Shown: piece after piece, positions 1 to 10,174 of the stretch
How positions within the stretch are numbered: position 1 is the stretch's first letter
Layout of the letters: every line of letters starts with the position of its first letter
Assembly (NCBI GenBank): GCA_004555855.1
Contig: SFJQ01000001.1
Span: 32,974 to 96,973, forward strand
DNA from: [Eubacterium] saphenum
GTDB lineage: Bacteria; Bacillota; Clostridia; Oscillospirales; Ruminococcaceae
DNA length: 64,000 bases
Direction: 5' to 3'
The notes under the pieces: generated by a model
The model's input: the letters and a program-made list of their open reading frames with translations, nothing else
What the model was told of the DNA's origin: nothing
Databases searched by the model: none
Position numbers and translations under genes: made by a program

Positions 1-52
1 GCTTTATTTACCCGAAATGCTGTTTCCTGAGCGAAAACAGCATTTGCGAGAA

Positions 53-2701
53 TTATTTTACATACTTTGCAACAATTTCCTTCGCCGCTTCAAGAGCCGC
101 GCCGAGTTTTGCCGCGTCGGGAACGCCAGCCATAGCTTGGTCGGGCTTTCCGCCGCCCTTTCCGCCGGCAACCGCCGCGATTTCACGGACAAGCGTGCCC
201 GCATTTGCGCCCTTTTCAATCGCGCTCTTGGAGCATTTGCACAAAATGTTGCTCTTGCCGTCGGCGCTACCCGCGAGTACCGCAACGAAGCAGTCGAACT
301 TGTCGGCAACGCTGTCGCCCGTCTTGCGCAGACCGTCCGCTCCCATTCCGTCGAGCTTCGCGCAAATCAGCTTCACGCCGTTAATCTCGGGAACGTTCCC
401 GAAAATATCGCCGAGCTTCGCGTTTGCAGCCGCCTGCTCCATACTCTCGATTTTTCTGTCTTTTTCGCGAAGCTGCGCCACAACGCTCTCCGCGCGCTGA
501 ACCAAATCGTCCGCGTTCTGCGCTTTCAGCACCGCGCAAGCCTTGTCGAGCGTGTCCTTGCAGTCGTAGAGCATCGACATAACCGCCATACCGGTTATCG
601 CCTGAATACGTCTTACGCCGCTTGCCACGGACGTTTCAAAGACAATCTTGAAAAGTCCCGCCTGAGCGGAGTTTTTGAGGTGCGTGCCGCCGCAGAACTC
701 CGTCGAATAATCGCCGACAGATACCACGCGTACCACATCGCCGTACTTCTCGCCAAACAGCGCCATTGCGCCCTTTTTCTTGGCTTCTTCAATCGGAAGA
801 ACCTCGGTTACCACGGGAACAGCCGCCATAATCACGCTGTTGACGTAGTTTTCAACCTGCTGAATTTCATCGGGAGTCATCGCGCTGAAGTGGCTGAAGT
901 CGAAGCGGCACTGATACGGGTCAACGAACGAGCCGCACTGGTGAACGTGGTCGCCGAGAACCTTCCGCAAAGCCGCCTGCAAAATGTGGCAGCAGGTGTG
1001 GTTTCTCTGAGTGGCAAGGCGAAGCTGCTCGTCAACCTTTGCCGTGACGGTATCGCCGACCTCGAAGCCGCCTTTCTTGACAGCGCAGCGGCACACAAAC
1101 TGCCCGCCGCCGAGCTTTTGCGTATCGAGAACCTCAAGCTCATCGCTGCCGTGGAAAATCACACCCTTGTCGCCGACCTGACCGCCCATTTCCGCATAAA
1201 ACGGCGTCTTGTCGATAACCACGCCGACTTCGTCGCCCGCGCCGCACAAATCCACGCACTCGCCGTCCTTGGTGATTGCGAGGATTTTCGCCTCGGTTTC
1301 AAGCGTATCGTAGCCGACAAATTCCGTCTTGAACGCGTCAAGCGCGGAGTTCTTCGCGTTGTCCCAGCCGCCGCCGAGCTTTTTGTTCTTGCGCGCGGTT
1401 TCCTTCTGATTTTTCATACACTCGGCAAAGCCTTCCTCGTCAACCGAAAGTCCCTTTTCGCCGAGAATTTCCTTGGTCAAATCGAGCGGGAAGCCGTAGG
1501 TGTCGTGGAGTTTGAACGCGTTTTCGCCCGAGAGAGTTTTCTCGCCGTTCTTCTGAAGCTCCTCAACCATCTCATCGAGAATAGCCGAGCCGTTGTCGAT
1601 GGTCTTTCCGAAGCTCTCCTCCTCGGTCTGAATTACCTTTTTGATGTAAGCTCGCTTTTCGGCAAGTTCGGGATAAGCCGACAAATTCTCATCGATAACG
1701 GTGTCGCAGACTTCATAGAGGAACGGCTTGTGATAGCCGAGCAGTCTGCCGTGACGTGCGGCTCTGCGGAGCAGTCTTCTCATAACATAGCCGCGCCCCT
1801 CGTTTGACGGTAGAATGCCATCGCCCGCCATAAACGTTGTGGAACGGATATGGTCGGTGATAACGCGGATTGAGATGTCCTTTTCATCATCGTCGTGATA
1901 GTTCACGCCGAGAATTGAGCAGATTTTGCCCATAATATTCTTGACGGTATCAACCTCGAACAGGTTGTCCACGTCCTGCATAACGCAAGCGAGGCGCTCC
2001 AAACCCATTCCCGTGTCGATGTTTTTGGTAGCGAGCTGGGTGTAGTTGCCCTTGCCGTCGTTGTCGAACTGCGTGAAAACGTTGTTCCAGATTTCGATAA
2101 TTCTGTCGCAGTCGCCGACTTCCTCGAAATTGTCCTGACCGATGTGGTCGAATTTTCCGTACTTCTCGCCGCGGTCATAGTGAATTTCCGAGCAAGGTCC
2201 GCAAGGACCGCTTCCGTGCTCCCAGAAATTGTCCTTTTTGCCAAGACGTATAATCCTCTCGCGCGGGATACCAACCTCGTTTGCCCAGATATCGGCAGCC
2301 TCATCGTCCTGCTCGTAAATCGTTACCCAGAGCAGATTTTCGGGAATTTCGAGAACCTTTGTCAGAAATTCCCAAGCCCATGCGATAGCCTCGTGCTTGA
2401 AGTAATCGCCGAACGAGAAATTGCCCAGCATCTCAAAATAAGTGCCGTGGCGCGCGGTTTTGCCGACATTCTCGATATCGGGCGTTCTTATGCACTTCTG
2501 GCAGGTGGTAACGCGGTGGCGCGGCGGCTCCTCGATGCCCTGAAAGTACTTTTTGAGCGGCGTCATTCCCGCGTTTATCAGCAGGATTGAGTTATCATCG
2601 GCAGGCGGCACAAGCGGAAAACTCGGCAGGCGCAGATGCCCTTTGCTCTCAAAAAAGGAAAGATACTTCTCGCGAAGTTCATTTAATCCCGTCCATTTCA
2701 T
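53..2701 (-). CDS. alaS: Alanine--tRNA ligase
   Basis: 882 aa; NAGM, HGTYFEMLGNFSFGDYFK, IDTGMGLER, EFCGGTH and C-terminal GGKGGG motifs. Confidence 0.98.
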   Translation of the reverse strand: MKWTGLNELREKYLSFFESKGHLRLPSFPLVPPADDNSILLINAGMTPLKKYFQGIEEPPRHRVTTCQKCIRTPDIENVGKTARHGTYFEMLGNFSFGDYFKHEAIAWAWEFLTKVLEIPENLLWVTIYEQDDEAADIWANEVGIPRERIIRLGKKDNFWEHGSGPCGPCSEIHYDRGEKYGKFDHIGQDNFEEVGDCDRIIEIWNNVFTQFDNDGKGNYTQLATKNIDTGMGLERLACVMQDVDNLFEVDTVKNIMGKICSILGVNYHDDDEKDISIRVITDHIRSTTFMAGDGILPSNEGRGYVMRRLLRRAARHGRLLGYHKPFLYEVCDTVIDENLSAYPELAEKRAYIKKVIQTEEESFGKTIDNGSAILDEMVEELQKNGEKTLSGENAFKLHDTYGFPLDLTKEILGEKGLSVDEEGFAECMKNQKETARKNKKLGGGWDNAKNSALDAFKTEFVGYDTLETEAKILAITKDGECVDLCGAGDEVGVVIDKTPFYAEMGGQVGDKGVIFHGSDELEVLDTQKLGGGQFVCRCAVKKGGFEVGDTVTAKVDEQLRLATQRNHTCCHILQAALRKVLGDHVHQCGSFVDPYQCRFDFSHFSAMTPDEIQQVENYVNSVIMAAVPVVTEVLPIEEAKKKGAMALFGEKYGDVVRVVSVGDYSTEFCGGTHLKNSAQAGLFKIVFETSVASGVRRIQAITGMAVMSMLYDCKDTLDKACAVLKAQNADDLVQRAESVVAQLREKDRKIESMEQAAANAKLGDIFGNVPEINGVKLICAKLDGMGADGLRKTGDSVADKFDCFVAVLAGSADGKSNILCKCSKSAIEKGANAGTLVREIAAVAGGKGGGKPDQAMAGVPDAAKLGAALEAAKEIVAKYVK

Positions 2702-2892
2702 TTTTTTGTCCTCACAATCAAATAAATTTGTAAATAAACATACATTTCTATTATAACTTATTTTGGGAAAAAGTCAAGGGGTTTTTGAAATCTCGGCGGG
2801 AACACTTTCTGTGAATTTTTCGGGAAAAGCGTTCTAAAAGCGGAAAAGCCCTAATAAAATAGGACAAAAAGTACCACGAAGGAGCGTTCCGA

Positions 2893-3696
2893 ATGAAACC
2901 AAACAAAAAATCCCTGAAGCTCACGCTTTCTATGATAGGCTGTTTCGCGCTGCTTGCCGTGAGCGCGAGAATTACCGAGAGCGCGCTCCCCGTTTCCGCA
3001 CCCGCGGCGCAAAAGCCGATTATCGTGCTGGACGCGGGTCACGGCGGCTTGGACTCGGGCGCTGTCGGAAAAAACGGCGTGCTTGAAAAGGACGTAAACC
3101 TTGCTGTTGTGCTGGATTTGCGCGATATGCTGGAGATGTCGGGCTTTGAGGTTGTTCTCACGCGCGACGAGGACATCTCGATTTACGACCCGGGTGTTGA
3201 GGGTATCCGAAACCAGAAGCTCAACGATATGGATAACCGTCTCAAGATTATCCAAAGTCACCCCGACAGCATTTTCCTGTGCATTCACCAGAACAACTTC
3301 ACCGACCCGCAGTACTTCGGCGGGCAGATGTTCTACAACAACAACCACCCCGACAACCGCACCCTCGCGCAGATTATGCAGCGCCGTTTCGCGGATTTAC
3401 AGCCGGGAAACGACCGTGAAATCAAGCTCTCGGGCGAGGAACTTTTCCTGCTCAAATCCAACAAAAACCCCTCGCTGATGATAGAATGCGGCTTCCTCTC
3501 GAACCCCGACGAGGAGCAGAAGCTCTCCACGAAAGAGTACCAGCAGAAGGTTGCCTTCACCATTTACGGCGGCGTTATGGAATACCTTGACGCCATCACC
3601 GAAAAGCCCGATGAATTTGCAGACTCCTCCGATGACGACGATTTTGCCGATTCCTCGGACGATTTTGCCGATAAACCCGAGTTTTCGGAGAATTAA
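2893..3696 (+). CDS. N-acetylmuramoyl-L-alanine amidase (Amidase_3, CwlD-like)
   Basis: N-terminal hydrophobic segment; IVLDAGHGG, EKDVNL, IHQN, IECGFLSN motifs; RBS AAGGAG. Confidence 0.9.
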   Translation: MKPNKKSLKLTLSMIGCFALLAVSARITESALPVSAPAAQKPIIVLDAGHGGLDSGAVGKNGVLEKDVNLAVVLDLRDMLEMSGFEVVLTRDEDISIYDPGVEGIRNQKLNDMDNRLKIIQSHPDSIFLCIHQNNFTDPQYFGGQMFYNNNHPDNRTLAQIMQRRFADLQPGNDREIKLSGEELFLLKSNKNPSLMIECGFLSNPDEEQKLSTKEYQQKVAFTIYGGVMEYLDAITEKPDEFADSSDDDDFADSSDDFADKPEFSEN

Positions 3697-3723
3697 CCTC
3701 TGCAAATTGTTGAAAATTGTTAC

Positions 3724-3753
3724 AAAAACTCCGTTGAGAAAGCGGAGTTTTTT
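3724..3753 (+). terminator. Intrinsic terminator after amidase
   Basis: AAAAACTCCG...CGGAGTTTTTT hairpin followed by a T-run. Confidence 0.7.
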
Positions 3754-3784
3754 GTGTATTTATACTAAACGCACGATTTCATAC

Positions 3785-3813
3785 TTGTAATAAAGTGTCG
3801 ATTGTGGTAGAAT
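3785..3813 (+). promoter_or_regulatory. Putative sigma-A promoter for purB
   Basis: TTGTAA-17 bp-TAGAAT with TG extension. Confidence 0.55.
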
Positions 3814-3843
3814 ATAGGAGAGTGTTTTTGGATTTATTCGAGA

Positions 3844-4108
3844 GTTTGGCGGACAACACCTACCCTGCGCGAACTCCTTGCATTTTCGTCGGCATTTAGC
3901 CAACGAAAATGCTTGGGGGAAAACTCTTGTTTTCCCCCAAACCCCTTTAGCGCTTTTGAACGCGTGTTTGTCGCGCTTCGCGCTCTAGTAGCGCGGCTTC
4001 GCCGCGAGTGCCTCCGGCGGCTTAGAACCTTTTTCTGAAGAAAAAGGTTCTAAGTACTCCAAAAAGACTTTTTTCGCTTCGCGTGCCCGATTACGGCTTT
4101 GCGAAAAC
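3844..4108 (+). repeat. Composite palindromic repeat E1 (modules D + A)
   Basis: Near-copies at 7650-7900 and 28972-29232; contains GTGCCTCCGGCGG-AACCTTTTTCTGAAGAAAAAGGTT-CCAAAAAGACTTTTTTCGCTTCGCG. Confidence 0.9.
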
Positions 4109-4158
4109 GGTGCGCGAAATTTCCACCCACGTTAATAATTTTAAGGAGATATAAACCT

Positions 4159-5595
4159 ATGTCAAAAAATTACAATTCCTACGAAAGCCCCTTCTGCACC
4201 CGCTACGCCAGCCCCGAAATGCAATACATCTTCTCGGCAGACAAGAAATTCACCACTTGGCGCAAGCTCTGGGTCGCCCTCGCCCGCGGCGAAATGAAAC
4301 TCGGTCTTTCCGTCACTCAGGAACAAGTCGATGAGCTCGAATCCCACGTCAACGACATCAACTATGACGTCGCCGAAGCCCGCGAGAAAATCGTCCGCCA
4401 CGACGTTATGTCACACGTCTTCGCCTACGGTCAGCAATGCCCCAAAGCCGCCGGCATAATCCACCTCGGCGCAACCTCCTGCTACGTCGGCGACAACACC
4501 GATATCATTATCATGCGCGACGCGCTCCTCCTCGTCAAGAAAAAGCTCCTCAACGTCATCGCAAATCTCGCAAAATTTGCCGAGCAGTACAAAAATATGC
4601 CCTGCATGGCTTACACCCACCTCCAGCCCGCTCAACCCACCACCGTCGGCAAGCGCGCAACCCTCTGGATAAACGAACTGCTGATGGATTACGAGGAAGT
4701 TGAATACCGCATAAAGTCCCTGAAACTCCTCGGTCAGAAAGGCACAACCGGCACGCAGGCTTCTTTCGTTGAGCTGTTTGGCGGCGACTCTGCCAAAATC
4801 AAGCAGCTTGAAAAGATGATTGCGGAGGAAATGGGCTTCACGGAATGCGTTCCCGTCAGCGGACAAACCTACTCGCGCAAGGTTGACTCGCAGGTTCTCA
4901 GCACCCTTTCGGGCATCGCGCAGAGCTGCTCGAAATTCTCGAACGATTTGCGTATTTTGCAGAGCTTTGAGGAAATGGGCGAGCCGTTCGAGAAGAACCA
5001 AATTGGTTCATCGGCAATGCCCTACAAGCGCAATCCTATGCGCTCCGAGAGAATAACCTCGCTTGCGCGCTATGTTATGATAGACTCGCTCAACCCCGCC
5101 TTCACCGCAGGCACGCAGTGGTTTGAGAGAACGCTTGACGACAGCGCAAACAAGCGCATTTCCGTTGCCGAGAGCTTCCTCGGTGTTGACGCGATTTTGA
5201 ACATTATGATGAACGTAACCGATGGCATCGAGGTTTATCCCGAAATGGTCAAGCGCCGTCTGATGAACAAGCTGCCGTTTATGGCTACCGAAAATATTAT
5301 GATGAAGGTTGTGGAAAACGGCGGAAACCGCCAGCAGCTCCACGAAGAACTCCGCACGCACTCGCAGGCTTGCGCTCAGAAGATGAGAGAGGGCGGCGAA
5401 AACGACCTTGTTGACAGAATTGCCGCAGACCCGATGTTCAACATCACGAAAGAGGAAATCGAAGCGGTTCTGCGCCCCGAGCTTTATGTCGGACGTGCGC
5501 CCGAGCAGGTTGAGGAGTATCTGCGCGATTTCATTCAGCCCATTCTTGACGAGAACAAGGATTTGCTCGGCGAAAAGGCGGAGCTGAGCGTTTAA
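4159..5595 (+). CDS. purB: Adenylosuccinate lyase
   Basis: RHDVM, YTHLQPAQPTT, GSSAMPYKRNP signatures; start set at ATG after RBS AAGGAG. Confidence 0.97.
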   Translation: MSKNYNSYESPFCTRYASPEMQYIFSADKKFTTWRKLWVALARGEMKLGLSVTQEQVDELESHVNDINYDVAEAREKIVRHDVMSHVFAYGQQCPKAAGIIHLGATSCYVGDNTDIIIMRDALLLVKKKLLNVIANLAKFAEQYKNMPCMAYTHLQPAQPTTVGKRATLWINELLMDYEEVEYRIKSLKLLGQKGTTGTQASFVELFGGDSAKIKQLEKMIAEEMGFTECVPVSGQTYSRKVDSQVLSTLSGIAQSCSKFSNDLRILQSFEEMGEPFEKNQIGSSAMPYKRNPMRSERITSLARYVMIDSLNPAFTAGTQWFERTLDDSANKRISVAESFLGVDAILNIMMNVTDGIEVYPEMVKRRLMNKLPFMATENIMMKVVENGGNRQQLHEELRTHSQACAQKMREGGENDLVDRIAADPMFNITKEEIEAVLRPELYVGRAPEQVEEYLRDFIQPILDENKDLLGEKAELSV

Positions 5596-5606
5596 GGAGA
5601 AGAAAT

Positions 5607-7613
5607 TTGAGAAAATGGATTGTTCCCGCAGCGGAATTTGCCGATGAGGAAATTCGCTCGGAATACGGGGATTTTCTCGGGAAAATTCTCGGCGCGCGGG
5701 GGATTCACACGAAAAAAGCTGCCGAAAAGCTGTTCGGAGAAGGCGAATTTTTTGAAGAGCCGTATCCTGCGGATATCGGGAAAGCGGTCGAGGTTATCAC
5801 GGAAGCGCTTGAAAACGGCGAGAAAATCACGATTTTCGGCGACTATGACTGTGACGGCGTGACGAGTACCGTGATGATGTACACTTACCTTGACTCGCTC
5901 GGCGCGGAGGTTGACTACTACATTCCCGAGCGCTCGGAAGGCTTTGGAATGAGCATTCCCGCGCTGAAAAAAATCATCGGAAACGGCACGGGGCTTATCA
6001 TCACGGTGGACAACGGCGTGAACGCGCTCGAGGAAGCCGAGTTTATCAGAAGTCAGGGCGTGAAACTCGTTATCGCGGACCACCATCAGCCCGGCGAAAC
6101 GCTTCCCGTGTGCGACGCGTGCGTTAACCCGAACCGCGCCGATGATTACTCGCTGTTCAAGGATTTGTGCGGCGCGGGAGTTGTGCTGAAGCTGCTCTGC
6201 GCGCTTGAAGAGGACAAGGACTATATCCTCGAAAACTACGCGGACTTGGCTATGGTCGGCACAATCGGCGATGTAATGCCGCTTCGCGGTGAAAACAGGT
6301 TCATCGTGAAGAAGGGGCTTGAGGTGCTGAAAAACGCGGGAAACGAGGGCTTGAAAAGGCTGATTTCTTCCGCGGGACTTTCTCCCAAAAACCTCACGGC
6401 AGCAGATATTTCCTTCAAAATCTGCCCCGCGATAAACTCGGCGGGACGCGTTGAAAGCGCGGATAAAGCGGTTCGGCTGCTGTTGGCGAGGGATACCGGA
6501 GAAGCGGCGCGGCTTTGTGAAAACATCGTGCAGATTAACGCGAAACGGCGCGAAATCGAGCAGAAAATCTACGAAGATATCCAAAAGCAGATTGAAAGCG
6601 ACCCGTCAATCCTTGCGAAGCGCGTGATTTTTCTCGCGGGCGAGGGCTGGAACGCGGGTGTTATCGGCATCGTCTGCGCGAAAATTGTCGAGAAATACGG
6701 AAAGCCGACAATCGTTGTCGCAGTCGAGAACGGCGAGGGGCGCGGCTCGTGCAGAAGCGTCGGGAATTTCTCGATTTACGGGCTGCTCAGCCACTGCTCC
6801 GCGTATCTCACGAAGTTTGGCGGGCACCCGATGGCGGGCGGTTTCTCCGTCAAGGCTGATGAAATCGGCGAGTTCAGGCGAAAAATCGAGGAGTACGCCG
6901 CGGCGCATTACCCGACAATGCCCGAAGCCGAGCTTTTCGCGGATATGCGCGTGACGGGGGATTTGCTGAGCGTTGGAAATATCGGGCTGCTCTGCCGTCT
7001 GGAGCCGCTTGGCGAGGGCTTCGCGAAGCCGGTTTTCCTGCTCGAAAACTGCGAAATCAAGGCGAAGCGCCCGCTCAAGGATGGAAAATTCATCTCGCTT
7101 GAAATCAGGACGGGGAACGCGAATTTGCGCGCGCTGTCGTTCAGGATAAGCTTCGCGGATTTTGCCGCGGAAACGGGCGATAAAATCGACATCATCGCGC
7201 ACGCCGAAATAAACGAGTACAACGGCACGAAAAGCGTTCAGCTCAAGCTCCTCGACTATCGTCCGACGGGCTTCCGCGAGGACAGATTTTTTGCGGCGCG
7301 GCGGGTTTCGGACGCGATTTTGCGCGGCGAGGGCTTTGACAAGCGGCTTGCTCCGAGAGTTGTCCCGCAAAGCCGCGAGGATTTGATGAAGATTTACGAC
7401 CTCCTGCGGAAGAACAACGGCAGGCTTACTCTTGAACAGCTCGCGGTTTTTGACGGCTCGGTAAACTACTGTATGCTCAAAATCGTCGTCACAGCCTTCT
7501 GCGAAGCCAATATGGCGCAATTTGACGGTGAACGTGCGCGGCTCGTTCCCGCGAAGGAGAAGCGGGACTTGTTCAAAGAGGGGATTCTGGCTCGGCTTAT
7601 CGAAAACTCCTAG
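5607..7613 (+). CDS. recJ: ssDNA-specific exonuclease RecJ
   Basis: GDYDCDG, TVDNG, DHH, GGHPMAGG motifs. Confidence 0.95.
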   Translation: MRKWIVPAAEFADEEIRSEYGDFLGKILGARGIHTKKAAEKLFGEGEFFEEPYPADIGKAVEVITEALENGEKITIFGDYDCDGVTSTVMMYTYLDSLGAEVDYYIPERSEGFGMSIPALKKIIGNGTGLIITVDNGVNALEEAEFIRSQGVKLVIADHHQPGETLPVCDACVNPNRADDYSLFKDLCGAGVVLKLLCALEEDKDYILENYADLAMVGTIGDVMPLRGENRFIVKKGLEVLKNAGNEGLKRLISSAGLSPKNLTAADISFKICPAINSAGRVESADKAVRLLLARDTGEAARLCENIVQINAKRREIEQKIYEDIQKQIESDPSILAKRVIFLAGEGWNAGVIGIVCAKIVEKYGKPTIVVAVENGEGRGSCRSVGNFSIYGLLSHCSAYLTKFGGHPMAGGFSVKADEIGEFRRKIEEYAAAHYPTMPEAELFADMRVTGDLLSVGNIGLLCRLEPLGEGFAKPVFLLENCEIKAKRPLKDGKFISLEIRTGNANLRALSFRISFADFAAETGDKIDIIAHAEINEYNGTKSVQLKLLDYRPTGFREDRFFAARRVSDAILRGEGFDKRLAPRVVPQSREDLMKIYDLLRKNNGRLTLEQLAVFDGSVNYCMLKIVVTAFCEANMAQFDGERARLVPAKEKRDLFKEGILARLIENS

Positions 7614-7649
7614 CAGGTTGTTTGAGCTTGGTTTGATTTTTACTTGCTC

Positions 7650-7900
7650 TGCTTCATTTTTGTCGGCTTCGAGCCGACAAAAATGTTGGGGGAAAACTCT
7701 TCGTTTCCAGAAACGCTAAAGGCGTTTCTCCCCTTAAACCCCTTTAGCGCTTTTGAACGCGTATTATCGCGCTTCGCGCTCTAGTAGCGCGGCTTCGCTC
7801 GCGGATGCCTCCGGCGGCAAGGAACCTTTTTCTGAAGAAAAAGGTTAGGGAAACCGAAGGTTTCTCGTTGACCTCCAAAAAGACTTTTTTCGCTGCGCGA
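7650..7900 (+). repeat. Composite palindromic repeat E2 (D + A with inserted GAAACC-GAA-GGTTTC hairpin)
   Basis: Shares D and A modules with E1 and E6. Confidence 0.9.
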
Positions 7901-7951
7901 TTGCGGGAAGGTCTTTCGGCATTACCTAAACTGTTTTTTGGAAGTGATTTT

Positions 7952-10123
7952 ATGGAAAATGTTACAATCGACGACTTAATGCAGCGCGTCATCGACGCCG
8001 ACAAACAATACGACGCCGACAAAATCCGCCGCGCCTACGACCTCGCCGACAAAGCCCATGAAGGTCAAATGCGCTCCTCCGGAGAAAAGTACATCACTCA
8101 CCCCCTCTCCGTCGCGATGATTCTGATGGACTATTTCATGGATACCGACACTATATGCGCCGCCCTTCTCCACGACGTCGTTGAAGATACCGATATCGAT
8201 TTGGAGGAAATCCGCAAAAAGTTCGGCGATGATGTAGCTCTCCTCGTTGACGGCGTAACCAAAATCGGCAAAGTCCCCCTCAACTCCAAAGAGGAACAGC
8301 ACGCCGAAAATATCCGAAAAATCCTCATGGCAATGAGCAAGGATATCCGCGTCATCATCATCAAGCTCGCCGACCGCCTCCACAATATGCGTACCCTCTA
8401 CGCGCGTCCTCCCGAAAAACAACGCAAAACTTCTCTCGAAACTATGAATTTCTACGCGCCTATCGCTCACCGTCTTGGTATGAGCGATGTCAAGGACGAG
8501 ATGGAAACTATTGCCATTCACTACCTCGACCCTTACGGCGCGCAGGAAGTTGAACGGCTTCTCGACCTGCACAAAGAGGAGCGCGACACCTTTATCGGCA
8601 AAATTATCGCGAGAATCCGCGAGCGTATCACCGATATCGACCCGCCGCCCGTTATCGAAGGCCGCGTTAAATCGGTGTACAGCATCTACAAGAAAATGTA
8701 CGTCAAAAACAAGCCGTTTGACGAGATTTACGATATTTACGCGGTTAGAATAATCGTGCAGACGGTTATCGAGTGCTACAACGTGCTGGGCGTTATCCAC
8801 GACCTGTTCAACCCGCTTCCCTACCGCTTCAAGGACTATATCGCAACCCCCAAGCCCAACCGTTATCAGTCGCTTCACACGACAGTTATCGGCAAAGAGG
8901 GAATCCCGTTCGAGGTGCAAATCAGAACCGTTGAGATGCACAACACTGCGCAGTACGGTATCGCGGCTCACTGGAAGTACAAGGCGGGGCTTAAAGGCAG
9001 CGTTGCCGGTGAAAAGCGCTTTGACTGGATCAGACAGCTTCTGGAGCGTCAGCAGGAAAGCGATGACGTTGAACAGATAACCGAGGCAATCAAGAACGAT
9101 TTGTCGCAGGACGAGGTGTTCGTGTTCTCGCCAAAGGGCGATATTTTCACGCTTCCGCTCGGCGCAAATGTTATCGATTTCGCCTATGCCGTACACTCGG
9201 AGGTCGGAAATAAAATGACCGGCGCAAAGGTTGGCGGACGAATGGTGCCGTTTGATTATCAGGTCAAGACGGGCGATATCGTCGAGATTTTCACCAGCGG
9301 TTCACCGAATTACGGACCGAACCGAAACTGGATGAACATTGCCAAAACAACCGAAGCAAAGGCGAAAATCCGTTCGTGGTTCAAGCGCGAGCGCCGCGAT
9401 GAGAACATCGAGCGCGGAAAAGAGGAGCTTGAGCGCGAGTTTAAGCGTAATGCTATTCCGCTTGACGAGGAAATTCTGAAAGAAGCGGCGATGAGAGCGC
9501 GCGTTGACACGATTGACGATTTGTACGCGGCAGTCGGGTACGGCGGCGTTGCGACAACGAAGATTATCCAGCGTATCAAGGACAGTCAGGCGAGAGCGCA
9601 GGCGGCGGCACCCGTGCTGATGTCGAGCGAGGAAAACATTGAGCAAACCAACCAGCGCAGCCGCAAAAAAGGCGTTATTATCGAGGGTGTGGACAACTGT
9701 CTGATAAAGTTCGCGCAGTGTTGTAATCCGCTGCCGGGCGACCCGATAATCGGTTTTGTGACGCGGGGATTTGGAGTATCGATACACAAGCAGGACTGTG
9801 TGAACGTGCTGAACAATATGGACAGCGAGGAGAACCGCGAACGGTGGATAAAAGCGTCGTGGGCGGGCGAGGACAACGCTTCGTACCGCGCGACGATTGA
9901 CATTATTGCGGAGCAGACATCGTCGGTTATTGCGGATATTACGGCGGCGATTGCGGCGAATCACATACCGATGCACGAGATGAATATGCACCGGTTGAAA
10001 AACGGGAACACGAATCTTGTGATAACAATTGAGATTGCGGGTGTGGAGCAGCTTGGGAATGTAATTTTGCGGCTGCGGAAGATACCGGGCGTGATTTCTG
10101 CGGACAGAACGGGCAAGCAGTAA
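7952..10123 (+). CDS. relA: Bifunctional (p)ppGpp synthetase/hydrolase
   Basis: HD domain (LLHDVVEDT), RFKDYI, YQSLHT, TGS and ACT domains; the longer 7805 start lies inside repeat E2. Confidence 0.96.
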   Translation: MENVTIDDLMQRVIDADKQYDADKIRRAYDLADKAHEGQMRSSGEKYITHPLSVAMILMDYFMDTDTICAALLHDVVEDTDIDLEEIRKKFGDDVALLVDGVTKIGKVPLNSKEEQHAENIRKILMAMSKDIRVIIIKLADRLHNMRTLYARPPEKQRKTSLETMNFYAPIAHRLGMSDVKDEMETIAIHYLDPYGAQEVERLLDLHKEERDTFIGKIIARIRERITDIDPPPVIEGRVKSVYSIYKKMYVKNKPFDEIYDIYAVRIIVQTVIECYNVLGVIHDLFNPLPYRFKDYIATPKPNRYQSLHTTVIGKEGIPFEVQIRTVEMHNTAQYGIAAHWKYKAGLKGSVAGEKRFDWIRQLLERQQESDDVEQITEAIKNDLSQDEVFVFSPKGDIFTLPLGANVIDFAYAVHSEVGNKMTGAKVGGRMVPFDYQVKTGDIVEIFTSGSPNYGPNRNWMNIAKTTEAKAKIRSWFKRERRDENIERGKEELEREFKRNAIPLDEEILKEAAMRARVDTIDDLYAAVGYGGVATTKIIQRIKDSQARAQAAAPVLMSSEENIEQTNQRSRKKGVIIEGVDNCLIKFAQCCNPLPGDPIIGFVTRGFGVSIHKQDCVNVLNNMDSEENRERWIKASWAGEDNASYRATIDIIAEQTSSVIADITAAIAANHIPMHEMNMHRLKNGNTNLVITIEIAGVEQLGNVILRLRKIPGVISADRTGKQ

Positions 10124-10141
10124 TCCCACAAAAAATTCACA

Positions 10142-10174
10142 AAAAACCCGAGAAGTCGTACTCCTCGGGTTTCC
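10142..10174. terminator. Hairpin between convergent relA and V-ATPase D
   Basis: AAACCCGAG...CTCGGGTTT inverted repeat flanked by an A-run. Confidence 0.6.

Noticed and set aside
17..1807. 596-aa plus-strand ORF
   Set aside because: Antisense shadow of alaS with no recognisable motifs
2702..2892. T-box leader for alaS
   Set aside because: A minus-strand promoter-like TTGACT-16-TATAAT (2777-2750) leaves only ~45 nt of leader, and no T-box motif is visible
3844..4158. Purine riboswitch upstream of purB, and the 4099 start
   Set aside because: The structured sequence is the dispersed repeat also found before relA and scfB; the RBS supports ATG 4159
7805..7951. N-terminal extension of RelA
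   Set aside because: Read-through of repeat E2
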